Of a DNA stretch of 64,000 nucleotides, positions 29,701 to 50,258 are shown piece by piece. A model generated the notes under the pieces. The model did no database searches. It was not told where the DNA came from and worked only from the letters and a program-made list of their open reading frames with translations. The translations under genes and the position numbers were made by a program. The stretch is from the NCBI RefSeq assembly GCF_963506605.1, contig NC_083276.1, positions 84,692,001 to 84,756,000 on the forward strand. The letters run 5' to 3'. Numbering within the stretch: the first letter of the stretch is position 1; each line of letters begins with the position of its first letter. The DNA comes from Zootoca vivipara (lineage: Eukaryota).

Positions 29701-30313
29701 TTAATGGCAATTAACAGGTTTAGCACCGTGGTTCTCCCTTCCTACGATTCTACGAAATAGTGTTCAACCTTATAGCTAAAAAAATTGAGAGAACACGTAT
29801 CTCCTACTATATCTGAATGGACTGAGAAAGTTTCATCCATAGTAACTATGATTAAGCTAACTTATTAAAAAAAAGAATACATATCAACCAGCCTAACAGG
29901 TTTATGGAAAAAGTGGTATTTTTTGTAATGTTTTGGAACAACAAGTTCAGTTATAATGTCCAATGTTTGCTGCTTTCAAACTGTATCTGTGTTTCTTTAT
30001 GCTCTTTATCTTTGGTTTATTTTGTTTGTTAAAAATAATAATAATTTTAAAAATAATACAGTATAGTTAGTCATGTACTGTGTCAGAGAGTTCCACAGAG
30101 CAATAGTATTAATTGTTAGGGGAGCATTTCTCTTGCTTGTTTCCTTGCTTGCTGTGTCTAATTTGTTTGGTTCATTGTGCTACTTTGTGAAAAGGTAAAA
30201 TATTTGTACCCTACTTTGTGCTATTCTTCAAGCCATGTATAATTTTATAGATCTTTGGTAAATTTTAGTTGACTTCTTTGATAAAGAAAGTGTAGTAGTT
30301 TATGCTTTCTTCT

Positions 30314-30962
30314 CAGTGGCGTAGCAAGGAGGGGCAATAGGGGCGGTCCGCCCCAGGTTCCACTCTGGGGGGGGTGACAGTCGGCGCCCCACCCAGCGAC
30401 TCCCAGGACGAGCCCCTCCAGCCTCCCGGTAAAAAGCCTGCTCGGCATGGCACTGCGCGCTGCGCCGAGTGAGCTTTTTACCGGGAGGCTGGAGGCTCGG
30501 GAGTCGGGGGCGCCGACTGCCACCCCCATCCAGCTCCAGGGTGACACCCGACCGCTGCGCCAAGTGAGGCTTTCTAGACTGGAGGCTCCGTTTAGGCTCC
30601 ATTTTGAAGTCACGGGGGGCGCGATCCCCCTCTACGTAGCACACGTGCAGCAGGATGCTGCGCATGCGTACAACATAGAGGGGATCGCACCCCCCTGCGA
30701 CTTCAAAATGGAGCCTAAACGTAGCGTCCAGGCTCCAGGTAGATAGACCGCGGTGCCAGCAGGCTATCTACCTGGAGCCTGGACGCTACGTTTAGGCTCC
30801 ATTTTGAAGTCGTGGGGGGGTTGCAATCCCCCTCTACGTTGTACGCATGCTCAGCTTCATTATGTAGCGACGCATGCATCATTACGTAGCCCTGACCTGA
30901 CCCGATCCCCCGGGCACGGCAATTTGCCGCCCCGGGTGACAAAGCAGCTTCCTCCGCCACTG
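30314..30962. mobile_element. GC-rich non-autonomous hAT (Tip100-like) element with internal hairpins
   Basis: TIR CAGTGGCG/CGCCACTG, perfect 8-bp TSD TTTCTTCT; internal 49-bp perfect inverted repeat. Confidence 0.85.
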
Positions 30963-33538
30963 TTTCTTCTTCTCAGCCAATTATGGCCTCCTCTTTCAAT
31001 TGTAGCACCAGAGTATCCTGCAAGCATCATGCTTTCCCTTTAAATAGTAGTGGCAGAAAACTGACAGCTTTTAAGAGGGCATGCTGGGAGTTGTAGTTTG
31101 GATGCAAAGTACGTACTGTACTGGTAATCACAAGTTGCATAAGCTGTCAGTTCTGGTACATATCAGGGTAGCAGGAAAGTCAGGGAAGAAATGACAGTGT
31201 CTAGCCAAAAGCAGTGCTTGAGCTGAGCCAAGACCGTTATTTATAATGTGGAAACAGAAGGGGAGAGATTATGAAATAAACTGCTATTTATTTATTCACT
31301 GGATTTTTTTGTTAATACTGTACACATTATATAACCTAGATTCACCTTCCCTGTAGCACAGCTGCACATCTTAAGGATCAGATCTGGGCATTTTTTTAAA
31401 AAGCTCAAGCAGATGAGCTGTTCTTCTTTTCTGGAAATATCAGTAATAAGAACAGAATCACACAGACAGTCTGAGTGCCCACAGCCTAGTACTGCAGTAA
31501 ATTAGCCATTAAAATTCAGCGGGTGGCATTCAGCTAATCTTACTCTGAGTAGACTCACTGAAATTAATGAAGACAACTAAGTCAGGTCCATTAATTTCAT
31601 TGGGTCTACTCTGAGTAAAATTTGGTTCAGTGCCACTGTGATTCCAGAAGCATGAAATTGGCAACTCTTGGGAATATTTTCCCTTCCTATGTCTGCCCTA
31701 TAAAAACATGCTGCTCTTGGGAAAAGTGACCTGTTTGGCTGCATCACAATATGGGAATTTAGGCTGAACTTACTTCTGAGAAGGTATGGTTTGGATTCCA
31801 CTGTTAGGCAATGTGGCACATAACTGCCCCCCCATGCTTTCCATCACTGCAGGCTGACATTGTCCTTGAATTGCGACTCAGTAAATTGCTAACAGCAGTC
31901 AGAGGTCCTTCCCAAACAAAAAAATTCACACCTTGGCCACAACCCAGCTACAGTTAAGGGTGAGTAGCTATCAGTGGAGGCTGGTCTATTGGGTCAAATG
32001 GGGCACTGCCTCACCAACCTCAGTCTGCCTTAAACCAGACATCTTCAACCTCACTTTTAACCCAAACATGCATTAGGGGACCTTTGCATGATGGGAGTGC
32101 TCCTGTTGCAACCCACCTTGAAGACCAGTGCCTTAAACCACAACCACCAACTGTTCCTCATCTTACTTGCAACCAGTCCAGGAGACAACACTGCCTGCCT
32201 GTCATCTTCCTCCTCCATAGCTTCAGTGTTGCCCCTTGTAGATTTCAGCAGGGAGGGTGGTGATGACAAAACTCAGATGTGTTTGCTCCCCCTGTCATTG
32301 CCTCTGACTCCCCCTACCACTGGTCTGTCCCACCAGTTCCAATGGGCACCAGCCACCATTGCTAGCCATCCATTCCTACGCAGACCTAACTAGGATAAGA
32401 TCAACCTCCATGGCTGCAACACTACAGATGCTTACCTGGGACTAGTCCCTATGAAAGTCAGTGGTACTGGCTTCTGAGTAAGCATGCATAGGATGCATAG
32501 TAAGCAACATGTTCTGCTGAAACCAATGGCAGTGAGTCACAGCTAACTTTGGTGTTGATGGGATGTGCAAGCTGACCCTTTGCAGCAGGGCTGGGGAACT
32601 CGGTGCCCTCCAATATACATGGACTCCAGCTCCCATCGGCTCCAGCCAGCATGGCCAATGGTCAGGGAAGAAGGGGTTCAACAGGGGGCCACAGATTCCC
32701 CACACCTGCACCTTAGAGTTAGGCTGCACTGCCTGAAGTAAAGCAAAAATTGCTCCTCCTCCCTCCATGACACCTGGTCCTGCCTTCCTTCATCAGCCTC
32801 CCCTCCTCTTTCTTCATTGCTCCACTTCATAGCAGGGCCAAGAGATTTAGGCACACCCGACTGCATAAAATTGCAGCCTTGGTTACAAGTAACATTAGGG
32901 GGATATTTCATAGCATTTTAAACTTGCCCTTCCTCATTGGTCCTACTGTATCAATAGCATCCATAGAACTTGCCTGCCTGTTGACATCCGCATCAGAGCC
33001 CAACCTTCAGAAATGCGGTGGGTGTCTAGCACAGATAGAGCCTCATCTCTGGTGGTGCCTCATTTGTAGAACTCCCTCCCCCCCAACCTGTTTGGCTGGT
33101 GCTGACTTTGTGGGATTTGGGGTGCCAGATGGAAGCAGTTTTCTTTCCCCTTGTGTTTAATGTCTTTCATCACTTTTAATGGTTTCTAACACAATTATTA
33201 ATTCTACTGCAGCTGTTATTTTGCTTTCATGATGTGTTTTAAAATGTGTTGTAACTAAACTGCAGCAGTGTGTGTGTTGGGGGGGGTTCCCAGATATATT
33301 GGGGGTGCCAGCTACCCTCTGGCTTCAGTAGAATAGCTATATGTACTTGTGCTCCTTGCCTTTAAAAAAAGAAATAAATTCTAGCCCAATCCTAATGGCT
33401 ATCTACTCTTAAGTGTTCAATGGGACTTTCTCCCAGGAAAATGTGCATAGAATTGCAGCCATAGAAGAAATGTGCACTGCTGCACTGCAGAGTTGGATGT
33501 AGACAACCTTTTAAAAGGGGGGGGGGGGAACCAGAGGA

Positions 33539-33615
33539 AGGGCACACAAAATGGTGTGTCATTGTTGCAAGAGGGAGGGCACACAAAATGGTGTGTCATT
33601 GTTGCAAGAGGGAGG
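33539..33615. repeat. 37-bp direct tandem duplication
   Basis: AGGGCACACAAAATGGTGTGTCATTGTTGCAAGAGGG occurs twice in tandem. Confidence 0.9.
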
Positions 33616-35889
33616 AGGCAGCCCTGCTGGTTTTCATCAGTTTGTTTGTTTATTTAAAGGACTTACAGAACATTCTTGCGCTTCAGTTGTACAGCAGGGA
33701 CCCTGTGGTTTAAATGTGCATGCTTGTACTCTGTGGGACTCTCTTCTGAGTAATGAAGTACGTGGCATTGGGACATAAACTGCATCCTTCCAAGAGGGGG
33801 ATTTTAGACTTAGGGTTATGCGGGCCGCACACATATAATTCCTAATAAATGTTCACATGGAGCAGAGGAAGGGAGCCTGTTCTCTTTTGTTGCCTTAAGG
33901 GCAACTGTTTAGGGGGCTGCATGCAATCATGTGCATGGTTACCTGGGTGTAACGAAGTCCCACAGAACCTCATAAAGCAAGAATAGCTACATGGTTCCCT
34001 CCAAATGTCTTGGACTACAACTCCCAGCATCCCTGGCTGTTGTCTACTCTGGCTGGGGCTAACTGGAGTTGCAGTTCACAACACCTGGAGGGCACTGTGT
34101 TGGCAACTCCTGCCATAAGGACTGACCTGCTGGAGAAAAGGGGAAACCAACCCATTAAATAAACTTGTTCCTTCTTCTCTCCATGATCTGTTTGCAATTC
34201 GTTAAAGTGAAATATTTCAGAAAGAGTGGCGACAGGGCAAGTTCCTGAGCCTACATGGTGCAATGCCAACAGAAAGTGGAAGTGGCATGATAGTTGTAGA
34301 ACTGCGTGAGGGTGGTATTATGCAACTAGGTTTTACTGAGAATAAACATGACCAGATTAGCACCATTAATTTAAATGGGTCTACTCTGAGTAAGACTACC
34401 CCTCTTAGCATGTATGATAGGGGATGTGTGGATTAACAGTTTCCTGAGGCCAGGGACAAAAAAAATTTTCCCAGGTTCCTACAGACCACCCCCCAAATCA
34501 TGTTCCTTTTACCTGCCATCAAAATCCATATACTGCCCCCAAGCAATGATTTCAGAGTCTGTGAAAAGCAGGCTCCCAATGCCAGTGCGATGAGTTCTTC
34601 AATAAATAAATGACAGAGTAGAATTTCTGACAACTACCACCAACCTGACTTTCTTGTGAGAAGTGAAATCAGTTCCCAAGTCAGAGTCTTCCTGCTTTTG
34701 GCAGGGAGTATTTCCCGCAGAGACAGAGCCCTGAAGAAGGGTTGCCTGTCCAGGCAGGCACAGCTGGAAATGCACAAGAGAGGTGCCTTACGTGCCTAGG
34801 CCTGTCATCTCTACAGGCAGCGTTCCTGAGCAGAGGGAAGGGAGAGGCCTCTACAGCCCTGGGGGCAAGGGCTAACCTCAGGGAACAAGGCATCATGGGC
34901 AGAAGACACCTGCCCCCATCCTGGCTTTTAGGGTTTTCAGGTCATCTCCTATATTTTGTACAGAGGCAGTACAGGGGAGTGGTGATGATGATAGCATCTC
35001 CTGTATTTTGGACAGCTCTTGCATTTTGTGCAGAGGAGGAGAATAATAACCATAATAATGATGATAATACAGTATCCCAGATGTGGCTTTTACCATTATT
35101 GCAGCTCTGTCTTGGTGGGGGGGGGGAGCGACGGGAATCTGCACCTTGTGCAGTTCTCATTTATTTGCATCTTTCCTGACCTTCCAGCCAGGGGCAGAAC
35201 GCCCTGGGTGTCTTCGCTGAGGGGGATGACATTTGGTGCGCTGCCCACCCGCGACTCCCAAGCCTACCCTGAGCCATAAGGGGAAGGGGGGGAGCTGTGC
35301 TGCTTTGCCGGCGGCATTCCCCCCCTTCCCCCTTTGTTTTGAATGCTCGGGGGAGGCTTGGGAGTCGTGGGCAGGCGGTGCACCGAATGTCTGCCATTGG
35401 CGGCTCACTCCGCCCCCGTGGGCAGCTTGCTCCGCCCCCAGTGGCAGGGTGTGCACTCCGCTCCATGCACCCGAGCGGCTATCCCGCACCTGGGAGGGCA
35501 CCCTCCGCGCCCCGTGGCCCTCGGGAGCGCGCCCACCCTGGGCAGCGCGGGAATATGCTCCGCTGCTGCTTCCAGCTAGTGTCGTGTTGCTGGCACTGAG
35601 CCAGGACTTCCTACATCCTGATCCCACCTCAGGGGATTGGCTGCCTTCTGGGCACAATTGACAAACACGACTCTAGGCATAACCCAGTTTAAGCAGCCCA
35701 GTCCTTAGCAGCTGAGGACCTTGGATGTGGCCAGGAGTGCCTATGCCCAGCTTTTGTTTTGTTTTGTTTATTTAACAAAATGGATGTAGCGCTTGATTGT
35801 AAGGAAACTCCTAAAAGGTTTGCAACTTGGGCTGTCGTACAACTGCGTCTGCTTCTGGAGAAACTGCTGACTTGGCCCAGGTAGCATAT

Positions 35890-36650
35890 ACTTACTTCAC
35901 AGCTTGATCGCTGCAATGCACTCTGCATAGGGCTGCCTTTGAAGGGTGCTCAGCAATATTGGGCCCAGAATACCGCAACCAGTCTGTTAACAGTGGCTGC
36001 GTGTAAGGAGTGCACAACTCCCTTACTGAAACCACTGTCACTGGCTTCACTTATTTCTGAGCCCATATTCAAATACTGGTGGTGGTGACCTTCAAAATCC
36101 TATAGGTTTGGGACTTGGATATCTGAAAGACTTCTGCCTTCTCCGACCTGGGCCAGCTGTAGGTAGAGTCCCGGTGGCGCGGGGTGCCAGGGCGCCGGGT
36201 TGGTAGGCAGGGCACTGCGCGGCAAAGCCGCGCGGAAGCCATGCTGCGCCCTGTGAGGGTGGGGGCGCCGGAGCGATCTCCGCCCCTCAGCGCCAGGGCG
36301 CGCGACCTGCTCAAGACTGCCCTGTCTCCGACATGAAACTAGTGAGATCACTATCAGCAGCCCTTGTTTGTCCCAGAAATATGCTTAGTTGAAAGCAGGC
36401 AGGCAGTCTTTCAGTAGCTGCACCCAGGCTCTGGAACTTTCCAGCCACCCCAAATCTCACCTTGGCCCCTCTCTAATGGCATCCTCTAGAAAGATCAAAG
36501 CCTTCCTTTTTTAAGGAAGGCTTTTGGGCCGTAAAATGGTTACTCCCTTTTTTTTGAGATGGATCAGATTGCTGTGGTTAAATTGTTTTTGGTTGTTTAC
36601 TGATATTTTAAATCCTTTCTCACTGTTGTTACTGTTTTAGTTTTTTATGA
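35890..36650 (+). mobile_element. Decayed L2 LINE ORF2 3' region, interrupted by a MITE
   Basis: Degenerate TSQLDRCNAL.IGLPLK...QN..., HW..., FKIL matches the L2 C-terminal motif (SRLDYCNALY.GLP...LHWLP). Confidence 0.6.
36148..36324. mobile_element. GC-rich hAT MITE (177 bp)
   Basis: Perfect 8-bp TSD TCTCCGAC at 36140-36147 and 36325-36332; degenerate CAGGGC-type TIRs. Confidence 0.75.
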
Positions 36651-36668
36651 TCACTTTATATATTGTTA

Positions 36669-37034
36669 GGGGACCCAGGTGGCTCTGTGGGTTAAATCAC
36701 AGAGTCTAGGGCTTGCTGATCAGAAGGTCGGCGGTTCGAATCCCTGCAACGGGGTGAGCTCCCGTTGCTTGGTCCCAGCTCCTGCCCACCTAGCAGTTCA
36801 AAAGCACATCAAAGTGCAAGTAGATAAATAGGGACCGCTCCGGCGGGAAGGTAAACGGCGTTTCCGTGCGCTGCTCTGGTTCGCCAGAAGCAGCTTTGTC
36901 ATGTTGGCCACATGACCTGGAAGCTGTCTGCGGACAAACGCCGGCTCCCTCGGCCTATAGAGCGAGATGAGCGCCGCAACCCCAGAGTCGGACACGACTG
37001 GACCTGATGGTCAGGGGCCCCTTTACCTTTACCT
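36669..37034 (+). mobile_element. Full-length Sauria SINE
   Basis: tRNA-like head with B-box GGTTCGAATCC, BovB-like 3' segment GAGTCGGACACGACT, (ACCTTT)n tail, 14-bp TSD TTTATATATTGTTA. Confidence 0.95.
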
Positions 37035-38602
37035 TTTATATATTGTTAATGCCAAAATGGTTAACAGCATTCTCCTATCTGTGTCTATTCAGAAGTATGC
37101 CCCAATGATTCCAGTGGGGTCCACTCTCAGCTAAATGGGTATGTGATTACAGCAGCCATACCGGTAGTTATTGTTTCAACTTAGGGTGACCTGCTAAAAA
37201 AGAGGGCAGGGCTTCTTCATCTTTTGACAGTTTTGCAGAAGATGGAATTTCAGCAGGTATAGCCTGCATGACAAGCTACACCTGCTGGAGTCACCTTCCA
37301 TATATTGTGAGCCAACTTGGGCTTGTTGAGGAAAGGGCATGGATGTTTTAAATAAGCAAACAAGTAGCTTATTCAGAAGCGAGTCCCACTAGGCTTCTCC
37401 ACACTGGATCTAAATGTGAATTTGCACCTGCCTGTCTTCCCATCAATGTGGGGGCAGCCACATGACACATTTCCCAACCCAGTGCAGCCAACAGGTGCCC
37501 GCAAGATGTTGTGGACTACAACTCCCATCATTCCTGACCATTAGCCATGCTGGCTGGAGTTGATGTGGATTACAGTCCAAACCACCTGGAGAGCATCACA
37601 TTGGATATTCCTGCCGTAAATCAATACTGTGGACCATTGACAAACCCTCCCAAAGAAACCGGGGGTTTAGCATAGTTTAACAATGACATTTCTAACCCTT
37701 AGAGAAATACTGTAATCATGTGGTGCATACGGCTCTCTTATGAAAAATGGCTACATGGTGCAACAGTTTCCCATGGGGTGTGTGTGTTTCCGTGGCTGCC
37801 TTGTTAATTTTCCAGACAGATACGGAAGACAGGGCCAGACCTATTAGAATACACTAAGAAATTGGTGAGGCCACACCTTGGATTGCTATCTGCAGGGAAT
37901 CTATGGCCTGCCAGATGTTGCTGAACATGGCCACCGGCTATGCTTGCTGGGGCTGCTGGGAGGTGTAGTTCAGCAACATTTTCCCACACCAGTTTGAAAT
38001 CAGCATTGGTATTGCACCTTTTACAACTATGTGGTATAGGAAGGTTTTGCAAACACGGGGATGCCACAGTTTAAAAATAAATAAATCCAGTTTTTAATTT
38101 CTGCCTGTGAAGCAGCTGCTAAAACATTAGACTTCCGTGTCTCCTACTACTAAGGTGACCAACGTGCAAAGGAGGAGGGGCAACCCCCTGGGTGCAGCAG
38201 GCCCCATCCTTTTTGAATATATTTTTGCAGCAGCTTTTCTCTAAAGCTGCATTTCTCTTAAATCCCCTCTTCTACACCCTCTTCTGCCTCTACGAAAGGA
38301 GTCCCACCCCATTTAGCCGTTTCTCTTCGCTTACTCCTGCTGCGTCTGGTGATGAAAGAGTTAGCACGGTGACTTGCCAGTTGGAGACAAAGCAGCCACC
38401 TTGGAAATGATTAATTCTCCTCTCTAGACGTCTTGCCTCCCGGTAAACACCAACGAGGAGCTGGGGCGGGGCCACCTTCTAGGCCCGCCCCCTCCTTTAT
38501 AAACCCACTGCGGCAGGACGGGCTAGAGCAGGCGTAGCTGCTTCTCACAGAGACTTCGTCGCAACGACTCAGCGTGAGCTCTCAGCCCCGCCGTTCCTCA
38601 TC

Positions 38603-46972
<8,370 letters not shown>

Positions 46973-47011
46973 CTCTAGATGCTGCACATTGTCTGATGGA
47001 CCTTCATTTTC

Positions 47012-47017
47012 AATAAA
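47012..47017 (+). terminator. TUBA4A polyadenylation signal
   Basis: AATAAA 40 nt after the stop, followed by a GT/T-rich tract. Confidence 0.7.
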
Positions 47018-48750
47018 GTATGTTTGGTTTTATCTGAATTTCTGTGGTATGCCTCTTTCTTGAGTAGGGTTGCAACTTCACCTTGCTGGTGGAACAGCTT
47101 CAAGTGCTGTTCATTGCCACATACCGTAATAGCCATTTCCTTCCACAACCCCTGAACCTTGAAGGATGTAGAGAAGGTGCATGCCATAGCAACTAAAGCT
47201 GAGCAAATTGGTGGCACAACATTGCACCATGGAGACTACATGGGCAAAGGGGGCATGAGCCTTGATTTATTTTTTATTAAATTTATATCTTGCCCCTTCC
47301 CTATAATCTTTAGACGGTCTTATACCTATTCACCATCAAGTTAAAACAAATTATGTGCCCAATAAAAGTGATGTAGTCAAATCATGCATACTAGCATATT
47401 CTTTTCTCCAAGCACCACCACCACCAAACCCTGATTTGGTACGAAACTTTAAACCAGAATTAGGAAAGTGAAATGAGATTAACAAACAAGAACGGGACAA
47501 ATAAAAGTGAGGAATCTCACTGACTGTAGGCAGCTCTATGCACCTCCTTTCTTGGCACTGGAGATGGTTTTGCTTCATATATTCTGACAATAACTAGCTT
47601 TTTCCCCAATGGAAAAAATAAAAGTCCTGAAGATTACAGATGTAGGATATCAAGCTATTACAAAACATCTCTCTCCCACCCTTTCCCTAAAACGTTTTAA
47701 TTGCACAACGACCTTGCAAAGTGGATTGGATGTGACTTTGCCCCAAACAAGGGTAAAACTTTATGCACAGGTAGGGATTTAATTTCGCATTTCTTATCAC
47801 AATACTTCCTTTGGATGTCCACTGCAGGAAGATCCCCTGCAATCTCCTATCCAGGCTGAGATCTCATTAAAGTTGCCTCTGCCTTGAACGGGGATATATT
47901 CTTCCCTGTGTTCCAGTCTGCCACCACTGACCCCTCTGCATACTACACTGCGTAGACACATTCCCTGAAGAGTTTGGAGAAATGCTGAATTGTGCTTTTC
48001 TAGGCTTCTCAACCATAAAATCAAAGACTGGTGCATGTTCTGCTGAAGATGTTGCTCTTGTACCCTCTCCTAGCCCCACTTTCAAATGTTAAGCTGCTTG
48101 TAGGCATGCCTTGCCTAGAACACTTTAGGCTCCAGTTCCTAGACAAGGAGTCATACAAAGTTTTAACGATAAAGACCTGTGAGATCAGCGAGACAGATGG
48201 GAGTGGGCCTCACCTTAACTGTGAAATTAGGGGTAGGATTTATGTACTCCAGATGAAAAATGTTTGCTTTTCCTCTATTGGCTGCTGCTTCTCTGGACAA
48301 AGCACTTATTCATTTTCCTAGGAGCAGGAGGGGGGCATTGAGTGGAAGAGGAGTGGTTACACCCAACCTGAAAATGTGCTGGCTGCAAGTCAGGTTTGGC
48401 AAGGCCTCTGTAAACTGCTTTGCCCTCCATACCAGGCAGACAGCCAGTCCTCTCTCTCCTTGCCTGCCCCTGTGGCTGCTTTGACTATACATGGGCTATA
48501 TAGCATAGGAATCTCAAATTATCAGCTCCCCTCTTTACCTACTCTTCCAATGGGTGGTGGAGGATGGGTGAACCCCTTTCTGTACAACCCCTACTTTAAG
48601 AATCTCACATTGCCAAAGAATCTCACATTGCTGACACTGTCTTCAGTCTGAATGCCTTCACTGCACTAAGAGCAGTTGCCATCCTTGCTGTTTAACACAC
48701 TGCTAAAGTGCCTGATGTGTGTTCTGTTTCACATACACAGAAGTTTAGTA

Positions 48751-49321
48751 CAGTGGTACCTCAGGTTAAGGGATGCAGGTGGCACTGTGGGTTAAACCAC
48801 AGAGCCTAGGGCTTGCCGATCAGAAGGTTGGCGGTTTGAATCCCTGCGGCAGGGTGAACTCCCGTTGTTCGGTCCCAGCTCCTGCCAACTTAGCAGTGCA
48901 AGTAGATAAATGGGTACCGCTACAGCGGGAAGGTAAATGGCGTTTCCATGTGCGGCTCTGGTTCGCCAGAAGTGGCTTTGTCATGCTGGCCACATAACCT
49001 GGAAGCTGTACGTCGGCCCCCTCAGCCAATAACGCGAGATGAGCGCCGCAACCCCAGAGTCGGTAACGACTGGACCTAATGGTCAGGGGTTCCTTTGCCT
49101 TTACCTCGGGTTAAGAACTTAATTCATTCTGGAAGTCTGTTCTTAACCTGAAACTCTTCTTAACCTGAGGTACCACTTTAGCTAATGGGGCCTCCTGCTG
49201 CCACCGCGCCGCCGCCATGCAATTTCTGTTCTCATCCTGAAGCAAAGTTCTTAACCCAAGGTACTATTTCTGGGTTAGTGGAGTTTGTAACCTGAAGCGT
49301 CTGTAACCCGAGGTACCCCTA
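48751..49321. mobile_element. Tigger-like MITE with a nested Sauria SINE (48770-49101, + strand)
   Basis: TA-CAGTGGTACCTC ... GAGGTACCCCTA-TA; SINE flanked by a ~13-bp TSD TACCTCRGGTTAA. Confidence 0.85.
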
Positions 49322-49810
49322 TACTGAGACCAAATACATCATACTGTATTTGACTTTCATCAATGAGAAACGTTTCTAGACTTGGGTGTGGATGTGTGGG
49401 TGTATCCCCCTGCCTGCCTCCATGAAGGCTGATGCAGTAATAAACATGAGCTTTCAAGGTGTTCTAAGATAAGGTGTTTAAGTTTGCTCCAAAAAAATTA
49501 ACACAATTCTGGCTCTGAAAATTGACTTACACCTTGCTCAAGGTATACATGATTTCCTACCTTACACAGATCTTTTTGGCTCTGAATAATTAGCAGCTGT
49601 ACCATAAAGTATATAAAACACACAAATGTTTACACAATGCAGTTTTTTTAGGCAGAAAAGATGGTAAAGCTATGAGGAGTACAAGAAGTAGCCAAAAGTA
49701 TAAGGAGTAAGAGAACTACATGGTCGCTCCACCTCCTTCTTTGCCCCCCCCCAAGTTTATATATTTGCAAATCACATACTAAATATGTTGATACAGCCGA
49801 GTATGAAGAC

Positions 49811-49816
49811 TTTATT
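49811..49816 (-). terminator. Candidate STK16 polyadenylation signal
   Basis: AATAAA (minus) ~440 nt after the stop. Confidence 0.5.
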
Positions 49817-50258
49817 TGACAAGACAGGCCCGGAAGACATGCCTGTACAACAACAAAAAAATAGGACACCAGCTTCTTAATCATTCAGCTAGAAGCTGTA
49901 CTTGAGTACAGAATGCTGGGTTCTCTTTCCCAGCCAGTCATGAGGTATCTTGGTCCCTTGTAAGAGCAGCATCCTGCTGCTTTGGGGAGGTGGTTGACAA
50001 CAGCCTACAGCGCAGGTGAAGCCCAGTAAGGTGCATGCTAGGCCACCAGTGAGAATGGCAGGAGGACCTTCAAGCAAGTTCTGAGGCAGGTGATGGCCCC
50101 ACTGCGGATGAGTTTCCGAAGGAAGGAGGCAGGCACGGAATTGGAATGCAATGAAGCCTTGTCCAGTCTTTCCTGTAAACTTTGAACCACTGGAGGTTCC
50201 TCACGTGGGCTTGAGTAGTTCCTTTGCTGCCTCCATGCTTACCCCACACACTGTGGGC

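Noticed and set aside
33539-33615. Direct repeats as a CRISPR-like array
   Set aside because: Two adjacent copies with no spacer, in a vertebrate genome; a simple tandem duplication.
35157-35661. GC-rich ORF cluster (also 6005-6481, 38569-39432, 60115-60588)
   Set aside because: Open frames reflect stop-codon scarcity in GC-rich MITEs or CpG islands; no recognisable protein features.
36669-36760. tRNA gene suggested by the GGTTCGAATCC B-box
   Set aside because: It is the tRNA-derived head of a Sauria SINE, not a cloverleaf tRNA.
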